A stretch of DNA of 64,000 nucleotides from positions 12,250 to 76,249 of IMG/VR virus record IMGVR_UViG_3300047160_001275. One strand, written 5' to 3'. Numbering within the stretch: the stretch's first letter is position 1; the number at the start of each line of letters is the position of its first letter. Under the pieces are notes generated by a model, which was not told the origin of the DNA, did not search any database, and worked only from the letters and a program-made list of their open reading frames with translations. Origin of the DNA: a virus (lineage: Duplodnaviria > Caudoviricetes). Below, in pieces: positions 1 to 8,977 of this stretch. Both the position numbers and the translations under genes were made by a program.

Positions 1-651
1 CGTCTCAGCCGGGGCGGCCAGACGGATCGCCCCGCCCTGCGGCGCTGGCCCCGGCATGGTCATGCGCGGCTTCTTGACCTCGGCCTTGCGCCCAGGCTCA
101 GCCAAAAACAGCCGTTGCAGAATCGCGCTTTTGGCGTCGGGAGCGACGAACTTCGACAACAACGCTGTGAACATCCCCTCGCAGCCGTCCTCGCCCCAGT
201 ACGGTAAACCGCTCACCCATCTGAGGCACGCGGGCCAGATGTCCATCCGCAAGCCCCGCTTCTTGAGGTAGCGAGAGGCGAGGTCGGTGCCGTCCAGCAT
301 CCTGGCCCGATACCACAGGGCCTGCATGTCGGCCTTCTGCATCTCCTGGGTGACGAAGCTCGGTTTGCGCCCGTCGAACCGCGCCCTCCCGATCACGCTC
401 TCGACCAGTTTCACCGCCTCGGTCCAATCGATCTTCTTCCATGTCATCACCAAATCCAGGCCCGAACCGTGGCCGCAGTTGTTGCACCACCAATCGCCGT
501 CGCCCTTGAAATTCGTGAACCGCCACCTGTCGACGCCGCCGCAGAACGGGCATGGGCCGTTGCGGCGGCTGTTCAGGAAACTGCGGTCGAACCCCAGCGC
601 CCCCAGAATCGACTCCCACCGACCGTGGGTCCGGTCAACGACGCTGTCCAT
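1..651 (-). CDS. DNA primase with N-terminal zinc-binding domain (P4 alpha-type), 3' end runs off the window
   Basis: Not in the ORF track because it is open to the edge. My translation from ATG at 651: MDSVVDRTHGRWESILGALG...GPCPFCGGVDRWRF...WWCNNCG...YLKKRGL. CPxCGGxDR plus CxxC zinc ribbon; overlaps the helicase stop. Confidence 0.85.
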   Translation of the reverse strand, partial: MDSVVDRTHGRWESILGALGFDRSFLNSRRNGPCPFCGGVDRWRFTNFKGDGDWWCNNCGHGSGLDLVMTWKKIDWTEAVKLVESVIGRARFDGRKPSFVTQEMQKADMQALWYRARMLDGTDLASRYLKKRGLRMDIWPACLRWVSGLPYWGEDGCEGMFTALLSKFVAPDAKSAILQRLFLAEPGRKAEVKKPRMTMPGPAPQGGAIRLAAPAET

Positions 652-2137
652 GCGCTTCCTTCCCCTTGGCGAACGCGATCTTGCGCGACTTGATCCACAT
701 CAGGGTCGGCCATGTCGGCGCGCGCGGGGCGTCGTCGTTCCACGCCCACGGCGGCCATTCTCCGAACCGGTTCCGGTAGCTCGCCGTCGGCCATTTCTGG
801 TTGTGGAGCTTGTCGGCCCCATACCAGCGAAGCTCGGCGTAAAAGGCCCGCCGCTCGGCTCTGGTCCATTGCTTGTCGCCGACCTTGACCGTCGGCTCCT
901 TGCCGACCTCGTACAACTCGCCGTTGACCGTCCTGACCTTGGAGGCGCGCTTGAACTCGTAGCCGCACCGGCACATCGTCGCCGTCGCCGGGACGATCTC
1001 GCCGCACCTTGGGCACTCTCTCGGCCTCGGCAATTCCGGCGGCTTCTTCTCCTCCGACCCCTCGGCGGGCTTGCCGCCGCGCAACTCCGTGCGCCCGATC
1101 TCGGTCACCAGCCCCAATTCGAGCGTGGCGTTCGAATGGTCCAAGATCAGCAAATGATCCTTGCCCTCGGCCTTGCGCAGACCCCTGCCGATCGCCTGCA
1201 CATAGAGAATCTCTGACTTGGTCGGCCTGACGAAGCTGATGCATCGGACGTCCATGTCGACGCCGTGGGTCATCGTGCCGACCGAGCAGATCACCTCGAT
1301 CTGTTTCATGTGAAACAGGTTGCGGATCGCCGCCCGCTCCTCGCGCGTGGTGTTCATGTCGACGTAAGCCGTCTTCACCCCGGCGTCGCGGAACTCGTCC
1401 GCCAGCTTTCCGGCATGAGCCCTATCCACAGCAAACAGCATGGTCGGCCTGCGATCAGCCTTCTCCAGCCACGTCCCCACCACGTCGGCGGTGATCTGCT
1501 TCTGGCTCATCCGCTCGCTAAGCTGGCCCTGGTTATAGTCGTCGGCCACCATCTCGATGCCCTTGAGATCGGGCTTGGTCGGAGCGAAGCAGCGGAAATC
1601 GCACAGATCCCCAGCCTTGATCATGTCGCGGATGGTCGCCGGGATCAGCAGATCGTCGTAATATTTGGCCATGCCCTTGGCCCAAGGAGTCGCCGACAAT
1701 CCAACGAAAATCTTCCGCTCGTCCTCCTCCATCCACTCCAGCACCGATCGGTACATGAGATGGCTCTCGTCGACGATCACGAACTCGACCTTCGGATTCT
1801 CGCGCTTGCCCAAGGTCTGCACCGAGCAAATCTGGATCGGCGCATGTGGACGCTTGAGCGGGTGATCGGCCTGCATCACCCCGATCTGCTCCGGGTCGAT
1901 GCCGTTCTGCTCGAACCGCTCGATCGTCTGGTCGACCAGCGAAATCAGCGGCACCGTGAACGCGGCCCTGTTCCCCTTCTCCAACGCCGAGGCGATCATG
2001 TGCGCCGCAATCACCGTCTTGCCCGCCGCTGTCGGCAACTGAAGCTGCGGACGTTTCTTGCCGCCGCGCACCGACGCCCGCATCATATCAAGCGCCTTGG
2101 CCTGAACCGGGCGAAGCGGGAACAGACCCTCGCTCAT
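635..2137 (-). CDS. Superfamily II DEAD/DEAH-box helicase (RadD/YejH-like) with C-terminal zinc finger
   Basis: LRPVQ, PTAAGKT (motif I), DESH (II), SAT (III), QAIGRGLR (VI), CPRCG...CRCG. Start moved to MSEGLF at 2137. Confidence 0.9.
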   Translation of the reverse strand: MSEGLFPLRPVQAKALDMMRASVRGGKKRPQLQLPTAAGKTVIAAHMIASALEKGNRAAFTVPLISLVDQTIERFEQNGIDPEQIGVMQADHPLKRPHAPIQICSVQTLGKRENPKVEFVIVDESHLMYRSVLEWMEEDERKIFVGLSATPWAKGMAKYYDDLLIPATIRDMIKAGDLCDFRCFAPTKPDLKGIEMVADDYNQGQLSERMSQKQITADVVGTWLEKADRRPTMLFAVDRAHAGKLADEFRDAGVKTAYVDMNTTREERAAIRNLFHMKQIEVICSVGTMTHGVDMDVRCISFVRPTKSEILYVQAIGRGLRKAEGKDHLLILDHSNATLELGLVTEIGRTELRGGKPAEGSEEKKPPELPRPRECPRCGEIVPATATMCRCGYEFKRASKVRTVNGELYEVGKEPTVKVGDKQWTRAERRAFYAELRWYGADKLHNQKWPTASYRNRFGEWPPWAWNDDAPRAPTWPTLMWIKSRKIAFAKGKEAHGQRR

Positions 2138-2373
2138 TGTTCTTCCGCCCACTCCAAGAGCTTGCGCGCCAGCTTGGCCGCCTCTCCCCTGGCGAGCGTC
2201 ACCAGACGCCTGCCACGGCTGCCGCCATGACGAATCACGAACTCTCCGTCATCATCGCAGAACGTCAGCAGATCCTCCGCGTCCTCGCTGTCGAGGATTT
2301 GGTAGATCACCCACTCAAAGTTGTTCGGCTTGCGCTTGCGCGTGCTCCCAGAGCCAGGCGCCCTCTCCCTCAC
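2134..2373 (-). CDS. hypothetical protein
   Basis: 79-aa ORF coupled to the helicase start by an ATGA overlap. Confidence 0.55.
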   Translation of the reverse strand: MRERAPGSGSTRKRKPNNFEWVIYQILDSEDAEDLLTFCDDDGEFVIRHGGSRGRRLVTLARGEAAKLARKLLEWAEEQ

Positions 2374-2402
2374 TCATTGCATCCCGCCTCGGCTGACGTC
2401 GC

Positions 2403-2678
2403 TCATTGCAGCGTCTCGCCCTCATGCCGATCGGCGTGCGTCTCGGAGTAAGCCCCGTGCGCCGCATTGACCACCGACTGGCGTGCGGACTCGATCCACT
2501 CGGAGACGTCTTCGATCTCCACCCCCCGTTGCACCATCGCCGCCATGAATCCACCCATCTCAGCAGAGAAATGAACGGCCGCCGCGCGCGGATTGCGCTT
2601 GTCGTAATAGCGCTGGGTCGCCTTGATGATCTTGCTCGCCGTCTTATACGCCCAGCGCTTGGCCTTCTTCTTGTTCAT
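2403..2678 (-). CDS. hypothetical protein
   Basis: 91-aa ORF in operon orientation with overlapping start/stop. Confidence 0.6.
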   Translation of the reverse strand: MNKKKAKRWAYKTASKIIKATQRYYDKRNPRAAAVHFSAEMGGFMAAMVQRGVEIEDVSEWIESARQSVVNAAHGAYSETHADRHEGETLQ

Positions 2679-2866
2679 TGCTTGCCGCTCCAGCCGTTGT
2701 CAGAAATCCATTGCGCCTCTGGCGTCAGCTTGGCCTTGGGCAGGTCAGGCGGCCGGTTCCATCTGGGCGCGCACTCCCGGAAATGGGCCAAGCGCGGCGC
2801 AGCGTCCAGCGTCACCATCTCGCCGCAGTGCGGGCACCGCTTGCGCCCCCATGTCCTGCTGGTCAT
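2675..2866 (-). CDS. small CxxC (CPHC) protein
   Basis: MTSRTWGRKRCPHCGE, GGAGG upstream of the start, coupled to the next gene. Confidence 0.5.
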   Translation of the reverse strand: MTSRTWGRKRCPHCGEMVTLDAAPRLAHFRECAPRWNRPPDLPKAKLTPEAQWISDNGWSGKQ

Positions 2867-3579
2867 CCCCGGTCCTCCCATTGCTTGATCTGTGGCCCGT
2901 CTCCCGTCATGCCCACACGGCGTCGATCCGCCAAGTTCTGCTTCCCCAACGTGGCCTCCCATAGCCTCATCCACCCTAGAGCCTTGGCAGCCGAAGCCGC
3001 GAGCGAAGCGAGAAAGGAAGGAAGCCCTGTACCGTCGGGTTCCACCGCGCTCCGCTGTGCCAATGCCCTAGACAGCATCGGCACCAAGGCCCCGCATCAG
3101 TGAGAGAGGACGCTATCAGGTCGCCCCGTGACGTGGGGCAAGGCGCTTGGCTGTGGGTACGTCGCCCCTCACAAGGCTACTGTGCCGCCAATATCCTGAC
3201 CTGTTTCGCTCCTTGCCAACTGCGGGAATTGAACGGGAACCGCCGGGTCAGCGGGCCTCTCTTCGCCACGATGCGCGTGGCCCTGCGCCTCGACCCATTG
3301 CCCGCTCCACAGACGCAGGCTACCGGCATTCCGGTCGTGGCTCTGGCGTGGCTTGGACGGGAGGAGGACTTGGGGATCGGCTATTTCAGCGCCGCCGGTG
3401 GCGCGTCTCAGGCGGGCATTGGCGACCCCATGCAGAAGCTGAAGCCGCAAGCGCCTTGACGGGGCCGGATCTTTTTGCTTAAGTTTGCGTCAGGCGACGC
3501 CATCTGAAGCTCGCGGCATTCGAGTTTCGTGGCGGTAGGGGGGTTGGTTCCACGGCCGACCTCCCCGCCACTTCCATTC

Positions 3580-3609
3580 ATATCGACTCATGTCCGACCG
3601 AGAGTCAAG
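3580..3609 (-). promoter_or_regulatory. putative sigma70-type promoter, CTTGAC-N18-CGATAT
   Basis: Close to the rhizobial CTTGAC-N17/18-CTATAT consensus; lies upstream of a ~500-bp poorly coding segment and the replication genes. Confidence 0.4.
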
Positions 3610-3629
3610 ACAGTAGTCTGACGAAATTG

Positions 3630-3998
3630 TCACGCCCCGCGCCCCGCCGTCATTTTGTGATGCAGGTCGCAGTAGCGCGGCTCCCGGTCGATCGGGCAAG
3701 GCGCGCAGCAATAACGGAAATCCTCACCCTTGGGGTCGCCGAAGGGATAGCGGCACTGGTCTGGCTCGATCGACAGGATCGCCAGCCCGGCGGCCGAGAC
3801 GGTTGTGAATAGCGGGGATAAGTCAGTCGGCCGGGGCGGCAAAATTGCGGTCGCGCTGAGGCCTAGCCTCCATATCTTCCCAACGATCGCCCCATACGAC
3901 CGCTGCATCATCACGGCGATCATCGTCGCCTGGAACTCGCCCACGAGGCTCCTCAGTTCCGCGATCTCCGCCTCGGTCCACAGATCCTCCCTTGGCAC
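3630..3998 (-). CDS. gcrA: GcrA-like cell-cycle transcription regulator
   Basis: N-terminal WTEAEIAELRSL...SYGAIVGKIWRLGL HTH; C-terminal ILSIEPDQCRYPFGDP...FRYCCAP...YCDLH. Confidence 0.8.
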   Translation of the reverse strand: MPREDLWTEAEIAELRSLVGEFQATMIAVMMQRSYGAIVGKIWRLGLSATAILPPRPTDLSPLFTTVSAAGLAILSIEPDQCRYPFGDPKGEDFRYCCAPCPIDREPRYCDLHHKMTAGRGA

Positions 3999-4281
3999 CC
4001 TTGGCCCTCAGCAATTCGCGCAGCACATCCTGCGCCTGTTCATCGTTGCTGATTCGGGTTAACAGCAGCAAGATCTTTTCCAGCACCAGCGTCTTCCGTC
4101 CCCAGACTGGGGCCCCGGTCCGCCATTGAGGATCAACCTTGGCCCAGCCGCGCGCCGAGGCGCAACGCATGGCGATCTCCTCGTCGAGGACGGCGATCAT
4201 CTCGGCCAAGAGAACCTTGCCTTGGCTCTGCGCCGACAGGAGAGCCACGTCGACCTCGGCGCGCGCTTCGTCGTCGGTCAA
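3823..4281 (-). CDS. hypothetical protein
   Basis: 152-aa ORF coupled to the upstream gene; C-terminal part overlaps the gcrA-like gene. Confidence 0.45.
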   Translation of the reverse strand: MTDDEARAEVDVALLSAQSQGKVLLAEMIAVLDEEIAMRCASARGWAKVDPQWRTGAPVWGRKTLVLEKILLLLTRISNDEQAQDVLRELLRAKGAKGGSVDRGGDRGTEEPRGRVPGDDDRRDDAAVVWGDRWEDMEARPQRDRNFAAPAD

Positions 4282-4532
4282 TGGACAGACACCTGGGACA
4301 GTTCCAGCCAGCCCTCCCGCAGCCCGATCCGAGTCAGCGACAGCGACGTGGTCAAGAGGATCTTCTCGTCCAGCTTGGCCGCCTCGACCACCGCCATGGC
4401 CAAGGCGGCGCTTAGCAGCATGTGCCGGTGGTCCTCGTCATCGACATGGGCGGCGATATAGGCTTGCGCCAGCCGGATCATCCGGCTCGCCACGGTCGCC
4501 ACGATGTCTCTGTCAGGGGCGTCGAGCGGCAT
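4278..4532 (-). CDS. hypothetical protein
   Basis: MPLDAPDRDIVA..., start overlaps the upstream stop. Confidence 0.5.
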   Translation of the reverse strand: MPLDAPDRDIVATVASRMIRLAQAYIAAHVDDEDHRHMLLSAALAMAVVEAAKLDEKILLTTSLSLTRIGLREGWLELSQVSVH

Positions 4533-4723
4533 CAGGATTCCGCGAACTCTGGCGTGAGGGGGCGCACATGGACCTTGCACTCCTCGCCGTGCATCTCCTG
4601 CGCGGCCAAGTGGTAGCCCTGAATGTTGAGCAGGCGGTTAAGGAGCGGATAGAGGGCGCGGTCAAGCAGCAGCGGGCGGTCCACCTGCATCGCCGTCTCG
4701 ATCACTTTCTCTAGGCTGGTCAT
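4532..4723 (-). CDS. hypothetical protein
   Basis: MTSLEKVIETAMQ..., GGAG upstream. Confidence 0.45.
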   Translation of the reverse strand: MTSLEKVIETAMQVDRPLLLDRALYPLLNRLLNIQGYHLAAQEMHGEECKVHVRPLTPEFAES

Positions 4724-5723
4724 CTCCACTGGCGGCCTCCAAGTCCAACGGCGCCTCGGCGCCATAGGCGTCCCAGCCCGCGCGCCGCTGGCGGGCGTAG
4801 AGTTCGATCTTGGGAACAGTTGGGAAGTAGTCTTCGACCAACTGATAAAATTCCTCTGGCTTCTCACTGTGGTCGCCTTGGTTGGCGTCGAACGCCGACG
4901 GCCATTGCCTTCCCTGCGCAGGCGCAGGGGGCTTGCCGCGCACCCCAACCAGCAGGAGTTCGTGAATGTTTCGGAACCAGTAGCCTAAGCCTTCGCGTTC
5001 CTTTAGCCACACGCAATGGCTGCGATAGTCAAAGCCCCATGCGGCCATGACGTCGAGGGCGGCGTGGAGCATGGGAACCGTGGCCCACAGGAACAGGACA
5101 CAGTCGTCCGCGCTGATCGACGCAATGTCGCGATCCTTGATCGCCCTCAAGGGTGATGTGGCATAATGGTTTTCAGGAGCCCTGTCCATCCCCGTCTCGT
5201 CCGACCAGGGAATGAACTGCCACGGCGGATCGGCCATGATGACGGCATAGCGCTTGGTCGGCAGGGCCAAGACCCGCTCGGCAAGGGCGGCCTCATGGGC
5301 GGCTCGGCGGGCCTGTTTCTCAGCTTTGGTGGTGCCATCGAGAGCGTGGTTGGCGCGCTTCTGAGCTTCCAGCACTCGCTTCTCGAAATCCTCTTGAGCC
5401 AGCTTGCTAAGGCTTTGCCAGTCGTGGGATTGAGCCTTAGTGACTCCAAGTTCCTTGTTGCTGGGCAAAGTTCGTTCTCCCGAACTATGCTCGCCTCCCC
5501 GCCTCTCGCCAAACTGTCGAATCAATTCTCCAGCCCGCCGCTCCGCGCGCATCCGAATGTCGGTGGCGTCATTGAGCATCTGCCGGTCTCTGGCCTGCTT
5601 GGCGTAAGCCTGATAGGCGACCATCTTGTCGCGGATGTTCTTGACCTCGTCGACTCGCCTCACCTCGGCGAGGGCTGACTTGGCGGCGTCGTACAGGATG
5701 AGTTGAACAGGCTCGTCGTTCAT
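4662..5723 (-). CDS. MT-A70-family N6-adenine methyltransferase with N-terminal helical domain
   Basis: YAVIMADPPW, LFLWAT, GLGYWFRNIHELLLVG, HSEKP, IELYAR. Confidence 0.9.
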   Translation of the reverse strand: MNDEPVQLILYDAAKSALAEVRRVDEVKNIRDKMVAYQAYAKQARDRQMLNDATDIRMRAERRAGELIRQFGERRGGEHSSGERTLPSNKELGVTKAQSHDWQSLSKLAQEDFEKRVLEAQKRANHALDGTTKAEKQARRAAHEAALAERVLALPTKRYAVIMADPPWQFIPWSDETGMDRAPENHYATSPLRAIKDRDIASISADDCVLFLWATVPMLHAALDVMAAWGFDYRSHCVWLKEREGLGYWFRNIHELLLVGVRGKPPAPAQGRQWPSAFDANQGDHSEKPEEFYQLVEDYFPTVPKIELYARQRRAGWDAYGAEAPLDLEAASGDDQPRESDRDGDAGGPPAAA

Positions 5724-6241
5724 GTCAGGGCGAAGCTCGCTGCTCGATTGGCGAAATGGCTGCACGCGAAGTCGTACAAGGCGACCGCGTCGGCCATGTC
5801 GGTATCGTAGCAGTCCTTGGCGATGTAGCCCAGCACTTGCGCCGTCTTGACCACCATTTCCTTATCGGCGAATCCGTTGCCGCAGAAATGCTTGCGGATG
5901 GTCTGGACCGCCGGGGCGCGCACCGCCGTCTCCTGCAAACCGCAGACGGCGCGGATCGCCCCATGCATCAGCACGGCCGCGTCGCGGGTGTCGGACGACG
6001 TCCTGCCCTTAAGCGCCCCATGCGGAATGTAGGCTTCGACCGCCACCAGATCGATCGCGCCCGTGTCGGCCCCGCCGATGAGCAGCTTCTCCAGCCATAG
6101 CGCGAGGCGCGGGATCGCCTCCTCGATCCGCTCATCCTTCTGGCGCAGCTTGAACACGCCGATCTCAGGCTTCGCTTTGCCAGAGAAGCCGAGCGCCCAG
6201 CCGACCCGGTGTTCGGCTGGGTCAAGCGCCAGGATACGCAT
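5720..6241 (-). CDS. RuvC-like Holliday junction resolvase
   Basis: ILALDP (catalytic D), VAVE, DMADAVAL. Confidence 0.75.
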   Translation of the reverse strand: MRILALDPAEHRVGWALGFSGKAKPEIGVFKLRQKDERIEEAIPRLALWLEKLLIGGADTGAIDLVAVEAYIPHGALKGRTSSDTRDAAVLMHGAIRAVCGLQETAVRAPAVQTIRKHFCGNGFADKEMVVKTAQVLGYIAKDCYDTDMADAVALYDFACSHFANRAASFALT

Positions 6242-6397
6242 CGAGCCTCGTCAGTCCGACAACCCACCACGCGCCCATGTCCAAGCTCGGCGAGGATGCG
6301 TTCGCGGCCAATGCCATACCGGCTGCCGCCCCAAATCTTGTCTGGTGGCCCCACCAGCCAAGTCTAACTTTGAGCTTGGCAAGTTCAACACGCATCG

Positions 6398-6652
6398 TTA
6401 TTGCGCCGCCACCGCGTCAAAGAGGTCCGCCTGGAGCCCGAGCGGGCGCTTGAGCCACGCCGCCACCCGGATCTGCAACTCGACGCGCTCACGCGGCTCC
6501 TCGCCTTCCTGTCGGCGCAACCAGAGCGCATAGGTCCGCTCTTCGAGAGAGAAGCCCTCGATCTTCATCGGGTCCATATCGCCTGCGGCTCGCCGGAAAT
6601 CCTCAAGGCGGTGGGCTGCATCTCGGAGTGCAGGCGGGAAGGCGTGAGCCAC
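6398..6652 (-). CDS. GapR/DUF2312-like protein, paralogue 2 (start uncertain)
   Basis: C-terminal half aligns with 6738..7064: MKIEGF...YALWLRR...QIRVAAWLKRPLGLQADL vs MKVEGF...YALWIRK...QLKVAEWLGKPLGFQAAL. Confidence 0.5.
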   Translation of the reverse strand: MAHAFPPALRDAAHRLEDFRRAAGDMDPMKIEGFSLEERTYALWLRRQEGEEPRERVELQIRVAAWLKRPLGLQADLFDAVAAQ

Positions 6653-6737
6653 GTTGCGCTACGGCGCAGCCGGAACGCCTTGATCAGAACTACCGCCGCC
6701 TCACGCGCCAACGTGGGGGCGGCTTCCTCAACATAAG

Positions 6738-7064
6738 TCACTGCGCCGCCAGATCCAAGGCGGCCTGGAACCCCAGCGGCTTGCCGAGCCACTCGGCCAC
6801 CTTCAGTTGCTGGGCCAGCCTTTCCTTGGCGACCTCCTCGCCTTCCTTCCTGATCCACAGCGCATAGTCGACCTCGGGCCGCATGAACCCCTCGACCTTC
6901 ATCTGTTTGCGGTGAACCCGAATCGCCGCCACCGCGCCGTCCTTGGCGTCGATCAGCTTCTCAAGCCGCTGGAGGTTGACGACGAACAATCTGGCCTTTG
7001 CCTCGTCGTCGAGATCGTTGCTTATCACCGGCCGCAATTCCAACGACGCCTGCTTTCTGGGCAT
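6738..7064 (-). CDS. GapR/DUF2312-like nucleoid-associated protein, paralogue 1
   Basis: RLEKL...AIR...K.EGF...LWIRK...WLG spacing matches the GapR pattern RIERL...DIK...KG.GF...IRLRK...ALG; by-eye alignment only. Confidence 0.55.
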   Translation of the reverse strand: MPRKQASLELRPVISNDLDDEAKARLFVVNLQRLEKLIDAKDGAVAAIRVHRKQMKVEGFMRPEVDYALWIRKEGEEVAKERLAQQLKVAEWLGKPLGFQAALDLAAQ

Positions 7065-7263
7065 GATCGATCTCTCCTAAGAAGTCGTTGGGCGTCACCT
7101 CGCCTGCCGTGAGGGTAAAAATACGCATAGCGATGTCGCGGCGAACCGGCCACCAGTCGTCCTGCCGACAGCGCCACACCTGGGTCGTCCTGACCCCCAT
7201 CTGCCGCGCCACCTCGGCGAGGGTCAGATCGTGCGCCTCCATCCACCGGCCGAACGCATTCAT
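6961..7263 (-). CDS. Cro-like XRE-family HTH regulator
   Basis: LTLAEVARQMGVRTTQVWR HTH and LTAGEVTPNDF; first gene of the leftward operon at a divergent intergenic region. Confidence 0.7.
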   Translation of the reverse strand: MNAFGRWMEAHDLTLAEVARQMGVRTTQVWRCRQDDWWPVRRDIAMRIFTLTAGEVTPNDFLGEIDHAQKAGVVGIAAGDKQRSRRRGKGQIVRRQPPAA

Positions 7264-7313
7264 GACGGATGACGCTAGCATGACACAAATTTTCACGCCA
7301 GCGTGTCTTTTCA

Positions 7314-7344
7314 CTTGCGCGTTAAAAACGAACGTCTATATATT
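7314..7344 (+). promoter_or_regulatory. putative rightward early promoter, CTTGCG-N16-CTATAT
   Basis: AT-rich divergent intergenic region 7264-7375 upstream of the recombination operon. Confidence 0.4.
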
Positions 7345-7375
7345 CGGTCCTATTAAGAGTTTCGCCGAGGGCAGG

Positions 7376-7684
7376 ATGAAAGAGATCACGATCGTCGCCT
7401 ATGAAAGCTGGGACGGCGAGGTGTTCAAAACGCGCGCCGCCTGCGAGGCGCACGAGGCCAAAAGCATCCACAAGCGGATCGTCGGCTTGACCGAGGAGCA
7501 GTGCATCAACGCGATCAATCGCGACGACTGCGAACTGGCCGAGGTGTTAGAGAAGGTCGGGCTGATGATCAGGGCGGCTAGGCGGAAGGCTGGCGACCTC
7601 AAGCGCCCGCCGCGCGCCCAAAGCCCGCCCAAGCTCGCGTCAGCGACTCCGGTCAACGGAGCCACCGAGGGGGCGGCGCTATGA
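7376..7684 (+). CDS. hypothetical protein
   Basis: MKEITIVAYESWDGEVF..., GAGG upstream, coupled to the next gene. Confidence 0.65.
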   Translation: MKEITIVAYESWDGEVFKTRAACEAHEAKSIHKRIVGLTEEQCINAINRDDCELAEVLEKVGLMIRAARRKAGDLKRPPRAQSPPKLASATPVNGATEGAAL

Positions 7685-8646
7685 ACATCCTGCCATGGAA
7701 CGGCAAGCCCATAACAAAGCCCGGCTTCTACTCCGGGGTGCCGATGACCAAGTACCACAGCGGTCGGCTTTGCGTCGGCCCGTCCCTGTCGTCGAGCGGC
7801 CTGCGCAAGATCTTCTACCAGTCGGAGGCCCACTTTTTCGATTCCTGGCCGCTCAACCCCAATTTCGACCGGGACGCCCACAAGCCGAACGAGGGCATGG
7901 TGTTGGGCCGCGCCGCTCACCACTTGCTCCTGGGTCAGCCCGCCTTCGCGCGCGAGTTCGTCATCACCCCGCAGATGGCGGCTGACGCCAAGGGCGTCTT
8001 GAAGCCCTGGTCTTACCAACTGACCAGCGCCAAGGAATGGAAGGCGCAGCAAGAGAAGTCGGGGCTGACCGTGCTCACGGTCGAGCAGGCCGAGGCGGTG
8101 ATGGCGATGGCCGAACGCTTAGGGCGGGAGCCGCTGATCAGGGCTGGCGTCCTCAATGGCTACAGCGAGATCACGCTCGCGTGGCAGGATCGGGACAGCG
8201 GCGTGTGGCTCCTGGCGCGGCCCGACGTGATCCCGACCGACGATGATTTCTGCGATCTGAAGACCACCCGAGACGTGGTCAGCTACGGCAACCTCGTGCG
8301 CGCGATCGGCGAGCACGGCTACCATTGCCAAGCGGCCCTGACCGGCGAGGGCTGGCGGGTGCTGGAAGGCAAGCCGATGAAGAGCTTTTCGTTCTACTTC
8401 GTCGAGAGCCGCCGTCCGCATTGCGCCAGGATGGTGACGCTCAAGGCCGAGGATCTCGATCTCGGCTGGCGGCAGTGCCGCTCGGCGCTGAAGCGATTTG
8501 TCACAGCGATGAACTCTGGATCATGGCCGGGGCCAGGCGGATTGCAGGAGGCGGTGCAATACGTGGATCTCTCGGAGGCCCGCCGCCAAGGGATCGAGAG
8601 CGAGCTTAGCCAGCAAGGCGAGGCCAAGGAACGGAGGGCGGCGTGA
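7681..8646 (+). CDS. RecE/exonuclease VIII-like PD-(D/E)XK nuclease (DUF3799-like)
   Basis: SLSSSGL, GRAAHHLLLG, ARPD, DLKTT, GYHCQAA. Confidence 0.85.
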   Translation: MNILPWNGKPITKPGFYSGVPMTKYHSGRLCVGPSLSSSGLRKIFYQSEAHFFDSWPLNPNFDRDAHKPNEGMVLGRAAHHLLLGQPAFAREFVITPQMAADAKGVLKPWSYQLTSAKEWKAQQEKSGLTVLTVEQAEAVMAMAERLGREPLIRAGVLNGYSEITLAWQDRDSGVWLLARPDVIPTDDDFCDLKTTRDVVSYGNLVRAIGEHGYHCQAALTGEGWRVLEGKPMKSFSFYFVESRRPHCARMVTLKAEDLDLGWRQCRSALKRFVTAMNSGSWPGPGGLQEAVQYVDLSEARRQGIESELSQQGEAKERRAA

Positions 8647-8977
8647 GCCAGCGCGATCCAACCACATGGAGCGTCCACCCAGTCGGCTGCGGCGACGATA
8701 AGTCATGGCTATTCGAAATTGAGGACGACATCGGCGTGACGCTCGACGTCTGCCCATGCTGCGGCGACAGGGCTGACCAGACCGATGGCCGACGCCATCG
8801 TGCGCAAGCTCAACGGCGGGGCGCTAAGCTGGATCGCTCTTTTGGATGAGAGAGAGAAATGGCGGTGACGGATGCGAGGCCAAAGAGCGGAGGGCGGCGT
8901 GAGCGATTACAACAAGCCAGACTACTTGGTATGCGAGGATTTCATCCCCTCCGCGCGCAAGGAAAAGGACAAGGACA

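Noticed and set aside
8643-8884. Possible frameshifted small gene (CCGDRA... / MADAIVRKLNGG)
   Set aside because: Too short to distinguish two tiny ORFs, a pseudogene or a sequencing error; no functional clue.
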